Below, piece by piece: positions 44,694 to 55,916 of a DNA stretch of 64,000 nucleotides (positions within the stretch are counted from its first letter, which is position 1; every line of letters starts with the position of its first letter). Below the pieces are notes generated by a model. That model was given only the letters and a program-made list of their open reading frames with translations, did not search any database and was not told the DNA's origin. The translations under genes were made by a program, and so were the position numbers. The stretch is from the sequence record MH494197.1; one strand, 5' to 3'.

Positions 44694-45533
44694 ATTTTTC
44701 CTGTACTATCTGTATAAGAATACCTATGTGTGAATTAACAGTTCTCTCTTGATGCTGTGTTCCTAAGAGTGTCAGTACTATCATATCTGAACGCAAAAGA
44801 TTTTTTCAAGTTCACTTATATCAGTTCTTGAATCAAGTGCCATATATTTGTGATTATTCTTCCTGAATAGTGCCAAGTACTCTTGATTTGATATTTCCTT
44901 CATAGTTTATCCCTGATGCCATTTAAAAGTGCTCTAATATGTTCCTGTACGAATTTGTACTGACTGTCTGTTCCTAGAGTGAGTAGCAATCTTAAATCTG
45001 AACTTTTGATGTGATATTCTAAATCATTATTTGATTCTTGCATCAGTTTCTTAAAGGATGAGAAGTTTGCAGCCATTAGTTCAATGTATTCTGCTGTTCC
45101 TAGTGGTTTGTGTATTGGCTGTTTGTGCATTTTAATTTTATTACCCTTTGAGTGTATTAATGTAATTATACACATTGGCTTTTGATAGTTAGTTCCCAGT
45201 GTAGCTTGAACATAGATTTCATTTAACTTAATAATTTTATCAGTATCTGGTAGTTTTGATGTGTTAATGGCAAATAACTTCAAAACAGTCCATTTAAGAT
45301 TGTTAGGTATTCTTCGTCGGTAATGATTCGCATTTGCATTGGATAAACCTTTTAGTTCTTTGATGTAATCATTAATATTGCATTCTTGATAGTTAGTCCC
45401 TAGGGTAGCTTGAACATAGATTTCACTCATTAGAATATTTTTTCTTCATCAGGTAAATCTGTGGTCTTTGCTATATACAATTTTAGAATTAAACTACTTA
45501 ATAGTTCGTGGTATTCACTTGGTGAAAGGATTT

Positions 45534-45749
45534 TCATTTGCATGTTCTCAGTACAGATTCTTTAAGTTCATCGATGTAGTCCTCAACGAATTGCTCTTGG
45601 AAGTTAGTTCCAACATATAAAAGAACTCTTAAATCTGCTCTAAGTAACTCTTTTTCATCCTCATCTATATCAGACAATGTTATGTTTAAGAATTTACTTG
45701 TATTAAAGATTAACAATTCTGTTTGTTCACTGTGGTTTAAAATTTTCAT
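45534..45749 (-). CDS. family B small protein
   Basis: LYVGTNFQEQFVEDYI. Confidence 0.75.
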   Translation of the reverse strand: MKILNHSEQTELLIFNTSKFLNITLSDIDEDEKELLRADLRVLLYVGTNFQEQFVEDYIDELKESVLRTCK

Positions 45750-46162
45750 AATCTCTTTTTGCTTTCCTCGACAGTAGGTACAAATACGATTCTTCGTATT
45801 GTGCTTGGAAGTTTGTGTTTAAGAGTCGAAACAACTTCTGTTCTTCTAGAACGAGTTGCTTATCTTCATAACAACGGTAGCGTATCAACTTTTTGTATTC
45901 GATGTTGATTACATCCATTACTATAAGCCCATGTTCATCATCTGTCAAGTGCTTCATGCTTTTTTCTTTTCCTGATGTGTTTAGTTAAAAGGTATATTAG
46001 TTTTCTGATGTATTCTTCCTGATAGTTTGTTCCTAGGAGTGCAAGAAGTTTTGCTTCAACTAAAGCTAATTGACGTTCTTCGAATGTGTGTTCCAGTATG
46101 TACTTTGGGTTTGATTTTTAGATATTGCACTATTAGTTTTCATTACAATCTTATGATATTCA

Positions 46163-46420
46163 TTAACTGTTAGGATTTTTAAATTCTTGAGCATGTACCT
46201 TTTCCTTTATAGAGAATTTAAGATATCGAAGCATACTTTCAATGTAATACTCTTGTCTGTCAGTTCCAAGAAAGTACAGGAGTTGAATGTATAAAACTTC
46301 TGCACTCCTTTCGGCATGTGACTTGTTTGTGTCGTTTGGAAGTTGATTTGTAAGTTTTCTGGATTTAATTAATCGTTCTTTTAACTCATCGTCTGTTAAG
46401 TATATCATTTCATTTTGCAT
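46163..46420 (-). CDS. family B small protein
   Basis: YFLGTDRQEYYI; near-identical to 46457..46645. Confidence 0.75.
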   Translation of the reverse strand: MQNEMIYLTDDELKERLIKSRKLTNQLPNDTNKSHAERSAEVLYIQLLYFLGTDRQEYYIESMLRYLKFSIKEKVHAQEFKNPNS

Positions 46421-47562
46421 TTACTTTTTCCATAATAGTAATTTTGAGATATTTAATTATACGTTCAATGTGATACTTTGCCTATCAGTTCCAAGAAGGT
46501 ATGGTAATGACTGGAATAAAACTTCTGCACTCCTTTCTGCTGGGGTTTGGTTTGGGTCATTTGGAAGTTTATTTGTAAGTCTTTTGGATTTATCTAGTCT
46601 TTCTGTTAACTCATCATGTGTTAAGTATATCATTTCATTTTGCATTTAATGTTCCTTACGTAAATTGTCTGGATTAAAAGTGAAATCCATTTTTCTACAT
46701 ATTGGTTTTGATACTGTGTGCCTAAAAGACTCTGCATTTTAAACTCTTCTTCGAGTGCATATCTCGTTTCTATAGTAAAGCTTAAATGACCATATTCTTT
46801 ATCGTATCTTCTCAGTGCTTCCCCAATTCTATCAAATCTTTCTGCTATTCTGATGTTATTAATTTTATTCATCGCATTCATCGATCAGTACACCTTAGTG
46901 GACGGGTCATTTGATAAAAGTACAGCTTACCTTTGATTTCCAATAGTAACTCAGCAATTAATCGATTTACTTCTGGCTCTTGATAGTTTGTCCTAACAAT
47001 GCACCCATCTTTAACTCACGCATCATAATCATTTTCTTACTGTGTTGAATTTCTGGGTTGTGATAGATTGTATTACGTTTGTGTGTAATTTTTGTCATAC
47101 GCTCGGTATATTCATCTTTACTTAAATTGATCATTTGCATGTTCATCAACCTCACATTTATTTTCGATACAAATCATTAGTTCTCTAAGATAGTTTTTAT
47201 CTTACCTTCCTGATGGTTCGTCCCGAAAGTTGCATAACTCTGCTTCTATCATTTTGATTCTTCTGGTGTCAGGTTTCAATCTTTTGTTATTGAAGATTTG
47301 AATCCTTATATCCCTTGATGCATTTAAACGTTTTGATATTCATGGAAAGATAAATTAATCATTTACTTTGTATCTCTCTCTTGAGGGCATCAATTAACAA
47401 CAGTACAGCATTCTCTTGATAGTTTGTTCCTAAGACTGAAAGCATCTTAATCTCATTTACTACGATCAACTTCTTTGAGCGTTCAATAATGTTACTATTA
47501 TAAACGGCGTTACGTGCTGGATAAGTTTTGCAAGACGATCATAATATTCATCTTTACTTAAA

Positions 47563-47811
47563 TTAATCATTTGCATTTCTCGTACATTTACTTAGTTTAC
47601 TCCCAATGTATTTCTTAAGTGTAATTATATATTCCTCTACATAATACTCCTGATAGTTAGTTCCTAAGAATGCACATAGCTTTGTCTCACGCTTCATAAT
47701 CATCTTATTTTCGTGTTTGTTTACTTCACCGAAATGGATTTCATTAAGTTTAGGTAAGATTTTTGCTTGGCGTTCTTTATATTCAGATTTACTTAAATTA
47801 ATCATTTGCAT
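47563..47811 (-). CDS. family B small protein
   Basis: AFLGTNYQEYYVEEYI. Confidence 0.75.
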   Translation of the reverse strand: MQMINLSKSEYKERQAKILPKLNEIHFGEVNKHENKMIMKRETKLCAFLGTNYQEYYVEEYIITLKKYIGSKLSKCTRNAND

Positions 47812-49963
47812 TTACTTTGGATCTCCTTGACTAATGCATCAACCCACATGTCTATATACATTTGTTGATAGTTTGTCCCTATGAGTGCCCTGCATAGAGT
47901 TCAGCTATCATTGCATGTTTTAGGTTGGCAGGATGCTCTTATCAGATTGAATCTTTACTCTTCTGTTGGCACATGTTTTCAGGAGTCTGATGTATTCAAA
48001 GCCTTGTAATTTTCTCATTCTTTAGATATCACCTTGTTACGTAAGGCACTTAACAATACGTCAGTGTAGATGTTTTGATAGTTTGTTCCTACGAAAGCAC
48101 CCAACTTCATTTCAGCTATTATAACACATTTGTCCTCTTGTGCAATAGACTTGTCTAAAGAAATACTAACAACTTTCCTTCTTATAGCTTGTAATCTCCA
48201 ATGATACTGATACTCATTTAGGGTTATCATTCTCTCGCCTCCATATCTCGGTTCTAATGTGTTGACATTGTGCTTCGATGAACATATCTATTGATTTGGC
48301 AATTGCGTTTTTATCTGTGCCAGTCATCAGTACAAGCATCTCGGCCTCACAGTGAAGTAAACGCATGATATCATAGGGTAATATTCCAGATACCGTGTCA
48401 TAGTGTTTCTGTGCCAGTGTCTGTAATAGTTTACAATACATTTTGTGATTTAGTCTGTGTCGCATTGTTTATTCCATTCTTTTTGGCCCTCTGGGTTTTA
48501 TATTGGATTTGGTTTCTTAATGCTGATAAGTATCGTTGAATGAACAGATCTTGATAGTTTGTTCCAATGAATTTCATAAGATAAAGTTCACCGTTGATAA
48601 CATCCACTTCAGGTGCACCATATAAGGCATTGTTTTTCTAAGGGCATGGATTAAAGAGAATAGGGCAGTTTGATACTCAACTCCTGATAAAGTCTTCATG
48701 TTTTGTGAGCCAATAATCATCTAGTTTATCCTGTATAACATTCATTAATTGTTCGACATATTCTGTGCAAAACTTATCTTGATATTGAGTCCCATAAAGT
48801 ACAGCAACCATAGCTCATTAACTTTAGCTCGCATTTGGTTCCATGTAAGGCTGGGGTCATCGTAGACTATCCTTGCTATAGGGTTAGTTTACGGACTATA
48901 GTTTCATATTCATCTAGTGTTAAGTGTTTCATTTACATTTGTCCCTTATTAGATCAGTGAGGGCAACTATGTGTGCAACAACATACTCTTCCTGAAAGTT
49001 CGTCCCAGTACAGCCATCATGCGTATATCGGTGGTGTTTATCCTGTGTTCCCTTACACATAAACCTTCTGTGTGAGGAAGTGTAAAATATTTGTTTATTG
49101 CAGCAATGATAATTTTATTCTTCTCGGAATTACTTAAATGTTTCATAGTTTGCTCTTAATGTATTTCTGGAGTGCAATTATATACTCATTCAAGAAGTGC
49201 TCTGATAATCTGTGCCGAGGAATGCACCCAATAGTATATCATTTTCCAATACTAATGCTAAGTTCAAATCATCAGTCTCTTCATATACTATGAGAATTTC
49301 AAGTTGTCTGGCAGCGACGCGTTCGGTATATTGATTTGAGTTTGCAATGATATTCATAGTTTACTCTTTATGTAATTCTTGAGTGCAATTAAGTATTCCC
49401 CTACATAATACTCCTGAAAGTCTGTATCCAAAAATGCACCCATAAGTAAATCTTTTTCTAATACCCTTGATAAGTTAAGGTCTGCATTTGAAAGGTATAT
49501 AAGTAAGATTTCACCCTGTGCGGAATTGAAACGTTTCTTATATTCTTCTGGTGTTAAAAAATCATAGTTTACTCTTAATATCTTCTATTAAAAATGAATC
49601 CAATCGTCAACATACTCTTCCTGATGGTTTGTGTTCAGTACAGCCAACATGCGGATCTCTGCTCTTGCAACTTGGATTTCAGTTTTAGAAAGGTCTTTGC
49701 TGATATCAAACATTAAGTCCATGTATTTCAAGATAAGACCGAATGATTGGGTTCGTGTTATAGTTTTCATTGTTTCCTCGTGGACAATATTTCATTTTTC
49801 AATGCATCCATATATTGAATCACCCATCTTCCCTGATAGCTTGTTCCCAATGTAATCAAAAGGTATAACTCAATTCGTTCTAAGTTTGTGTCTGTGTTAT
49901 AAATCTTTACCATGTTTTTACGTAACAGTTCTTGATAATCTTCTTTATTTAAAATACGCATTT

Positions 49964-50161
49964 TCATAGTCTACCTTTTATGTCCCTTCGTAATTCTTGT
50001 AAGTATAGTTCGATATACTTTTCTTGATAGTTAGTTCCTATGAAAAGTTTCATAACCAATTCACGCTTATATGCAATACCACGGATATGTGACATATGTA
50101 GGATATATGCCATGTTGGATATGAGTGTGTGGTTGTGCTCTTCTTCAGTTAAAATACGCAT
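49964..50161 (-). CDS. family B small protein (first gene of the array)
   Basis: MRILTEEEH start; LFIGTNYQEKYIELYL. Confidence 0.75.
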   Translation of the reverse strand: MRILTEEEHNHTLISNMAYILHMSHIRGIAYKRELVMKLFIGTNYQEKYIELYLQELRRDIKGRL

Positions 50162-50309
50162 AGGGACTCCATTAAAAATAATATCAATCCCATAATATAC
50201 GATTCATATAAAAGTCAATAACATTTTATTCGTAATACCCTTTATCGAAGTCGCTAAGGTTACCCGCCCTTTAGCCCCTACGCATTTTGCCATAGTCCAA
50301 TCCTTTTAT

Positions 50310-50379
50310 TCATAAAAGTCAAGGGATTACCTATGCATTTTTTAACGCTGAAGTTTAAAAATGCCTTGACTTTTTATGA
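50310..50379. repeat. nested inverted repeat at the array/early-region junction
   Basis: TCATAAAAGTCAAGG ... CCTTGACTTTTTATGA arms enclosing a GCATTTTTTAAC/GTTTAAAAATGC inner stem; third ATAAAAGTCAA copy at 50208. Confidence 0.7.
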
Positions 50380-50637
50380 TTCAGTACTAAATCCTTTTAC
50401 GCATTAATCCTTCGTTACGCTTACGATTATCTGTGTATCCCCATAGTCCTGCCATACTTCCACGCCAGCCGTCGCCCGGTTAGTCGTGCTGTCATCTGCT
50501 TAATGGTCTTAGGCTTTAGTGGAACCTGTTGCAGTACTGTACGCATAGTATCATCGACGTTATCGTGTACGCCTGCAATAGTGCCTAGGACGCTGTATAC
50601 GTGTATAGAACATATGTATGCCCTCCTGATATAGTTA

Positions 50638-50657
50638 AGGCCGCTACAAGGCGGCCT
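50638..50657 (-). terminator. GC-rich hairpin, probable terminator
   Basis: AGGCCGC-CTTGTA-GCGGCCT followed by TAACT. Confidence 0.5.
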
Positions 50658-51646
50658 ATGATGTTTGGTGATGTGTAACGCTTACAGTCCTAAGATAGTG
50701 CGTGCTTCGTTACGTTCCGTGCACAGCTGCATGATGTGAGCAAGTAAGTCCTTGCTAATGTATCCGGTGTTCATAGCTTCACGAATAGATACATCATAAG
50801 CACCGAACCCGTGCGAACGATACGCACATCATTCAGGTTAGTATTATAGATACCGCCGAGATCAACGGCTTCGAATACTACATCAACAGAATATTCATTG
50901 TTGCCATCGTGGAAGTTTTCCAGTGCAATAGTATTGGATACCGCCCAACGTTTGCAGTTTCAATGATGCGGCACTGTTCCGGTTGGATAGTGCCATTACT
51001 TACAGCGTACTCCAGTGCATCTTTACCAAAAGTCCGAGCCAGTACTAAAACGTCAGCGAAGGAAGTGATTGAGAAGGTCATGATAAAACTCCTTAATTTA
51101 GGAGGGAGAACCATTTCCTCTCTATGTAAAACATTATACATGAATCTAAGTACTATGCAAGTACTTTTACATTTTAATACCGGATTCAGGTAGCGGTGAG
51201 ATCCATATTCTGGATCGGTTTCGGTCCAGTACTGTAAATCGATAGTACCTTTCGCGTTAATCTTGTCTACCAGCTTATTCATCTTAGCGTATACTACGTC
51301 AGCATCGATGCGTTTAAAGCCAGTAGCTTTAGTGAAGTAGTAGTGATTTGCTTCACTATCATTAAGGATATACCGAGCACCGTTTGCCGTTTGTGCGATA
51401 ATGATTGAGTATTCTACGTTACGGTCGAGGCCGTCGATGAATACAGAGGAAACATTAGTACGGATGAAAGCTTTAACGATAGCGATTGAAGTAGTCATTT
51501 TGAATCTCCTAACTTTGTGGGCCGTCGCACCATTGCCGCCCTACGAGATACATTATTGCAGTACTGATATACTTTGTCAATACTTTTTATTAATAGTTTT
51601 AGTTCCACCAGCAGATAGTTACTCACCGTTATTAACTATATATTTT

Positions 51647-51724
51647 GGATACACCTATGCACCCTGTGGGCTAGTTTTTGTCTATGCGTATATATAGCAG
51701 GACTGACCGAGTCAATCCCTTTTT
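51647..51724 (-). repeat. CCCAYAGGGTGC element, copy 1
   Basis: GGGATTGACTCGGTCAGTCC..GCTATATATA..TAGCCCACAGGGTGCATAGGTGTATCC. Confidence 0.85.
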
Positions 51725-52022
51725 ATTCTTTTTGTTAGATGATTCTCCAATCATCAACGATCATGGTAAGATACCGAACCAGTGATTCGAGTGATTCGTG
51801 TTCTCGATAGTCTGCCGCTCCACCAGCGGTACAAGTACAGCCGATTAAGCCGTTTTGTAGTTCCGGATCTTTACGTCGATCTGGTTGGCTTTAGCTTCTT
51901 TCAGTACTTCAACCGGGCGAGAGCGATAGACATAATGTTTTACTCCAAACTATTGGCGGGAGAACTATTCCCCGCTCTATGTAAAACATTATACATTACT
52001 GGTTAGTACTGTCAAATAGTTT

Positions 52023-52280
52023 TTATGAAATATCTTCGATGTAGTCGGCCCATTTCATTTTTTCAGTACTGTCAATGGCTACCGGATTATTTGGATCAAA
52101 CCATTCACCATTACCGCAGTACATACCCACGGCTACGGTTTTATAGCCATCCCGGGCCGCACACCACGACATTGCACGATAGATATGGCCTTTAACTGGT
52201 TGCAGTACTGGTAACGTTTTATGGTCTTCTACGTAGGCCATAGCTTGTGGATTTACCCGATATTGTGTGAACTGTTCCAT
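52023..52280 (-). CDS. hypothetical early protein
   Basis: 85-aa ORF with its own promoter (52309) and RBS. Confidence 0.65.
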   Translation of the reverse strand: MEQFTQYRVNPQAMAYVEDHKTLPVLQPVKGHIYRAMSWCAARDGYKTVAVGMYCGNGEWFDPNNPVAIDSTEKMKWADYIEDIS

Positions 52281-52716
52281 TATGTTTCCCCTTGTAGTTA
52301 GTAAAGTTATTACATCAGTACTATCAAGCTATGTCAATAGTACTGAAATAAAACTTTTAGATTAGATTATTGAGGCCGTCAATGGTAGACTCACTTTCTT
52401 CTTTCTCCCATTGTCGGTAGTACTTCCATGCTTCATGATAGGTGGCGATCAGTTCATCTTTTGATCCGGTTACATGCCAGTACTGAATCACGGTGAGCGG
52501 TGTTATAGATAGAATCGAATGATTTCTTCTCTTCTGCCGTTAGCTACTTCCCGCATCAGTTCATCAAAGTTAGCCATTTTATTACTCCTTTTAGTGGGGA
52601 GGATATCTCCCTATGCAAAACATTATACTTTGTTTTAGTTATTATGCAAGTACTTTTTCATATAAACATTAAATTCTACACCGCCGTAACCTTCCACGAT
52701 GATATGTTTTGCGTTA

Positions 52717-52902
52717 TCACGTTTGCACATAGTGAAACCATCGTTTACGTGTTTTGCATTTTCGGGCGACATCACCGATAGCGGCACATACGGCACTAAT
52801 AACAGTATTCCGCAAAGTACTGGTATCATTGGCGGTCATAGTAGTTTGCAGTACTACGTTGTCGTATACGTGTGCATTGATAGTGATTTCGATAGTGTTC
52901 AT
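52717..52902 (-). CDS. hypothetical early protein (frameshifted)
   Basis: own cassette promoter at 52950. Confidence 0.55.
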   Translation of the reverse strand: MNTIEITINAHVYDNVVLQTTMTANDTSTLRNTVISAVCAAIGDVARKCKTRKRWFHYVQT

Positions 52903-53233
52903 GGTGTATCTCGACTGGCGGGAGAACTATTCCCCGCTCTATGTAAAACATTATACGTTAATCTAACTACAATGCAAGTACTTTTAAATTTTATTTCCGA
53001 TATAGTCCGGTCTATTCTTTTCGGTCATACGCTTTGCTAATGTTTGCATATGGCTTATTGCTTGTAGTGTATCCTCTTCCGGGATGAATCGAGATAATCA
53101 GGATCATTCTTCACCTTGCAATGATTATGATAGCGTAGTACTGCCAGTACTTTTTAACTTCTTCTACTGTCATAATAAGTACCCACTTCGTTAGCTTTCA
53201 GGTTAGTATCAATCATCAGTGGATTTTTGTAGT

Positions 53234-53440
53234 TCACAAAACGAGTAGTTTTCTCGATAGCGAATCCCATATAATCCAGCTTACTAACAGTACATTCATT
53301 CTTAAAACTTCTTTCGCTGCATCGATGGCTGATTGCATGGATAACCGACCATCTAAATTAATGTTTCCAAATGATCCACCAGCAGAAGTAGGATTACCGT
53401 TCATATCTTTAATGATCATAGTAGCGGAGTAGCTGGACAT
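53234..53440 (-). CDS. hypothetical early protein
   Basis: own cassette promoter at 53494. Confidence 0.6.
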   Translation of the reverse strand: MSSYSATMIIKDMNGNPTSAGGSFGNINLDGRLSMQSAIDAAKEVLRMNVLLVSWIIWDSLSRKLLVL

Positions 53441-53527
53441 AATTTTGTTTCCTTTTATTGGTGTGGGAGAACTATTCTCCCTTGATGTAAACTATTATAC
53501 AGTACTGATATACTTTGTCAAATACTT

Positions 53528-53931
53528 TTATTCGCCCATATAGATTAGATTATCATCGCCTACATAGGATCGCAAACGTTGATTTCTTCGCAGTACTTCG
53601 TGAATACATCGCCATAGTGACCTAAACCACGATCCCAAAACCAGTTCCGTGACCTTCGCGGGTAAGGAACAGATCATGACCAGCTTGCTCATAACCGTAA
53701 TCAATAAACATACCGCGAACTACTTCCAGATCATTACCGTGTTTCTCAATGAAGCGAGAACATGCAATCACTGCCGCTTGATGGGCTTGCTCTGATAATT
53801 CATAATCTTCCGTAATCGCCGTTCTCATTGTGTACAGTACTGAATTGCATAGCTTCAATGTAAGCTACAACCATTGCAGCATGATTTTTATCGTTAGTGA
53901 TGTTCCGAGCGAGATTAGTAGTAGTAGACAT
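53528..53931 (-). CDS. conserved phage protein with GHD(L/F)(F/W)LTRxGHGxGFWD motif
   Basis: GHDLFLTREGHGTGF; one extra T restores WDRGLG; own cassette promoter at 53983. Confidence 0.7.
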
Positions 53932-54347
53932 GATTTTATTCCTTTTAGTATCGGGGAGAACTATTCTCCCTTGATGTAAACTATTATACAGTACTAATAT
54001 ACTTTGTCAATACTTAATTACGTTTAAAATGATATGTGCCTTTATCATCCTGTACGCCCCATACTGATTTACCATCAACACCAGTGAAGCCGGATTGTAA
54101 TTCAATATGGAAACCATTATTATCAACTACAAAAACTTTTTATTTTCATCCCGATAACATTGATATTCTGAATCAACATTAAAGGCCGCATCATTCAGAA
54201 GATTAGAAGCGTAAATGCAAGTCATTGTAGTCATGATTTTATTCCTTATTGCCGTGGAACCGTTCCTCTCGATATAAAACATTATACTTGATTCTAAGTA
54301 TAATGCAAGTACTTTTTAAAATAGTTTTCAGTACTGAATACTTATAT

Positions 54348-54435
54348 AATAGATACACTTCCGCACCCTATGGGTCAGTGAGTTATCTCTCAATGGATAT
54401 ATATAGCAAAGGACTGACCGAGTCAATCCCTTTTT
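54348..54435 (-). repeat. CCCAYAGGGTGC element, copy 2
   Basis: GGGATTGACTCGGTCAGTCC..CTGACCCATAGGGTGCGGAAGTGTATCTATT. Confidence 0.85.
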
Positions 54436-54507
54436 AATCTTTTTATCGTGTTACCTTACTTGCTGCCACATCACGCTTTTTATAGTACTGATTCCAGATA
54501 TTGCTGG

Positions 54508-54825
54508 TTAAACCGTAATCAAGTACTTTAATAAGTCCATTACGATCCCGCCGATATTCTGTTTTCTGATATCTCTTATCGTTAGTGTTGATAATGTATC
54601 ATCGACGTGTTGTAGTGCATCAGCAAAGCGGTGCTGGCGTTCAATGGCATTACGTTTAATATTGTACTTTAATTCATTGCACGCGTTTACGTGCTTTACA
54701 CTGCCTTTACTTGCAGTACTCAACCGATCCATAACGATAAACATATTATCAGGATCGCATAAATGCATATGCACCTTTGCAAAGTACTGTTTCAACTGAG
54801 GGCGGTCATAGTCTAAAAATTCCAT
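54508..54825 (-). CDS. hypothetical early protein
   Basis: 105-aa ORF with AAGG RBS. Confidence 0.55.
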   Translation of the reverse strand: MEFLDYDRPQLKQYFAKVHMHLCDPDNMFIVMDRLSTASKGSVKHVNACNELKYNIKRNAIERQHRFADALQHVDDTLSTLTIRDIRKQNIGGIVMDLLKYLITV

Positions 54826-55892
54826 ACCTTACATTCAGTTTCATTTTGTTCGACACCCGCATCACAATTCGCGACCTTAATCACTAACCGATCATTTAAA
54901 GCGAAAACTATACGGGAAGATCCGCCCGATGATCTCCAGTCCAGCTAACCGACAAGCTGAAAGGATCTCTTTGTTGGTTTCCATTTCTGACAGTGTACGG
55001 ATGAATTTAGTATAATTACGCATTGCATGTTCTCCTTGAGTTAATGAAACTATATTACAGTACTTTACTATCAATGGCAACTACTTTTTAACATTAACGG
55101 CGTGAATCACTTCCTTAGTGTTTTTAGTACTGAATACTTTCGCCGCTCCTTGTTCGACCGTGATACGATAGCGACCATTAACATCAACCATATTAATAAA
55201 GTCCGGCGTGCTGAATGGTGTTGTTTTGCATTTGAGTACTGTTAACAGTTCCACCAGCGATGTAGTTTCTTTGATACGTTTTTCTAAAGTAATCATTTTG
55301 TTTCTCCCCGTGTTGGTATGTACATATAGTACTAAAACATTTGAGTACTGTCAATTAGATAATATTATATTTCTTAAAATAAAATGCGTCTTGTGTTGGT
55401 TGATACTCGATACCGTTACCGTTATTGACTTCAACTAATAAACCTTTGTCAATAAGTTTTTAATAGTACGATACCCTTGTTGAAAATTGGTAAAATGTGA
55501 ATCATTACGAAAGGTATAACCGTGCTTAACTGCTTCATCAATAGTTTTCTTTTCGATTTTAGATAATTTCATTTTGTTTCTCCCGTGTTGGTATATGTAC
55601 ATAGTACTAAAACATTTGAGTACTGTCAACGTGATATTAGTTTTATTTTCTTATTGTATTGTTGATGCTCATAAAGGTTTATCTTTCCTGTGTTCTCGAT
55701 TACTATCCTGTTGTTAGTGTCCACATCGATTACACGCAGTTTCCGTTGCTTAACTTCCGGGTAATAGGTTACCATTAATAAACTCATTAGCAAGCTGTAC
55801 GGCCTTTGTGATGATTCTCTTCGGTGCTTTATAGTGTACCCGTAAGATGTTATCTTTATATAGTTGAACCTTAATCATTTTGTTTGTCCTAT

Positions 55893-55916
55893 AAAAAGGC
55901 GGGAACTGATCCCGCC
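55893..55916 (-). terminator. Rho-independent terminator
   Basis: GGCGGGA-TCAGT-TCCCGCC followed by TTTTT. Confidence 0.8.

Larger units (their letters stand above)
44228..50161 (-). repeat. uninterrupted tandem array of ~27 family B genes (~65 aa, ~200-bp pitch)
   Basis: LGT(N/D/Q)(Y/F/H)Q(E/D) motif in track ORFs 44228, 44472, 44900 (three units), 45534, 45727, 46163, 46457, 46630, 46967, 47563, 48015, 48214, 49588, 49767 and 49964. Also read manually at ~44760 (LLGTQHQE), ~46030 (LLGTNYQE), ~47220 (TFGTNHQE), ~47425 (VLGTNYQE), ~47875 (LIGTNYQQ), ~48560 (FIGTNYQD), ~48785 (LYGTQYQD), ~49000 (VLGTNFQE), ~49210 (FLGTDYQS) and ~49420 (FLDTDFQE). Confidence 0.9.

Noticed and set aside
44900-45430. 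True three-domain family B fusion protein
   Set aside because: Internal typical starts (MQMRIITDEEY in another frame; MHKQPI) show three separate genes joined by frameshift errors.
41965-50161. Diversity-generating retroelement or invertase shufflon explaining family B
   Set aside because: No reverse transcriptase, TR/VR pair with adenine-specific differences, recombinase or inverted units in the window.
50878-51498. Single 206-aa gene
   Set aside because: The ORF reads through a complete promoter/hairpin/RBS cassette at 51095-51160; it is more likely two genes (~51170-51498 and ~50685-51082).
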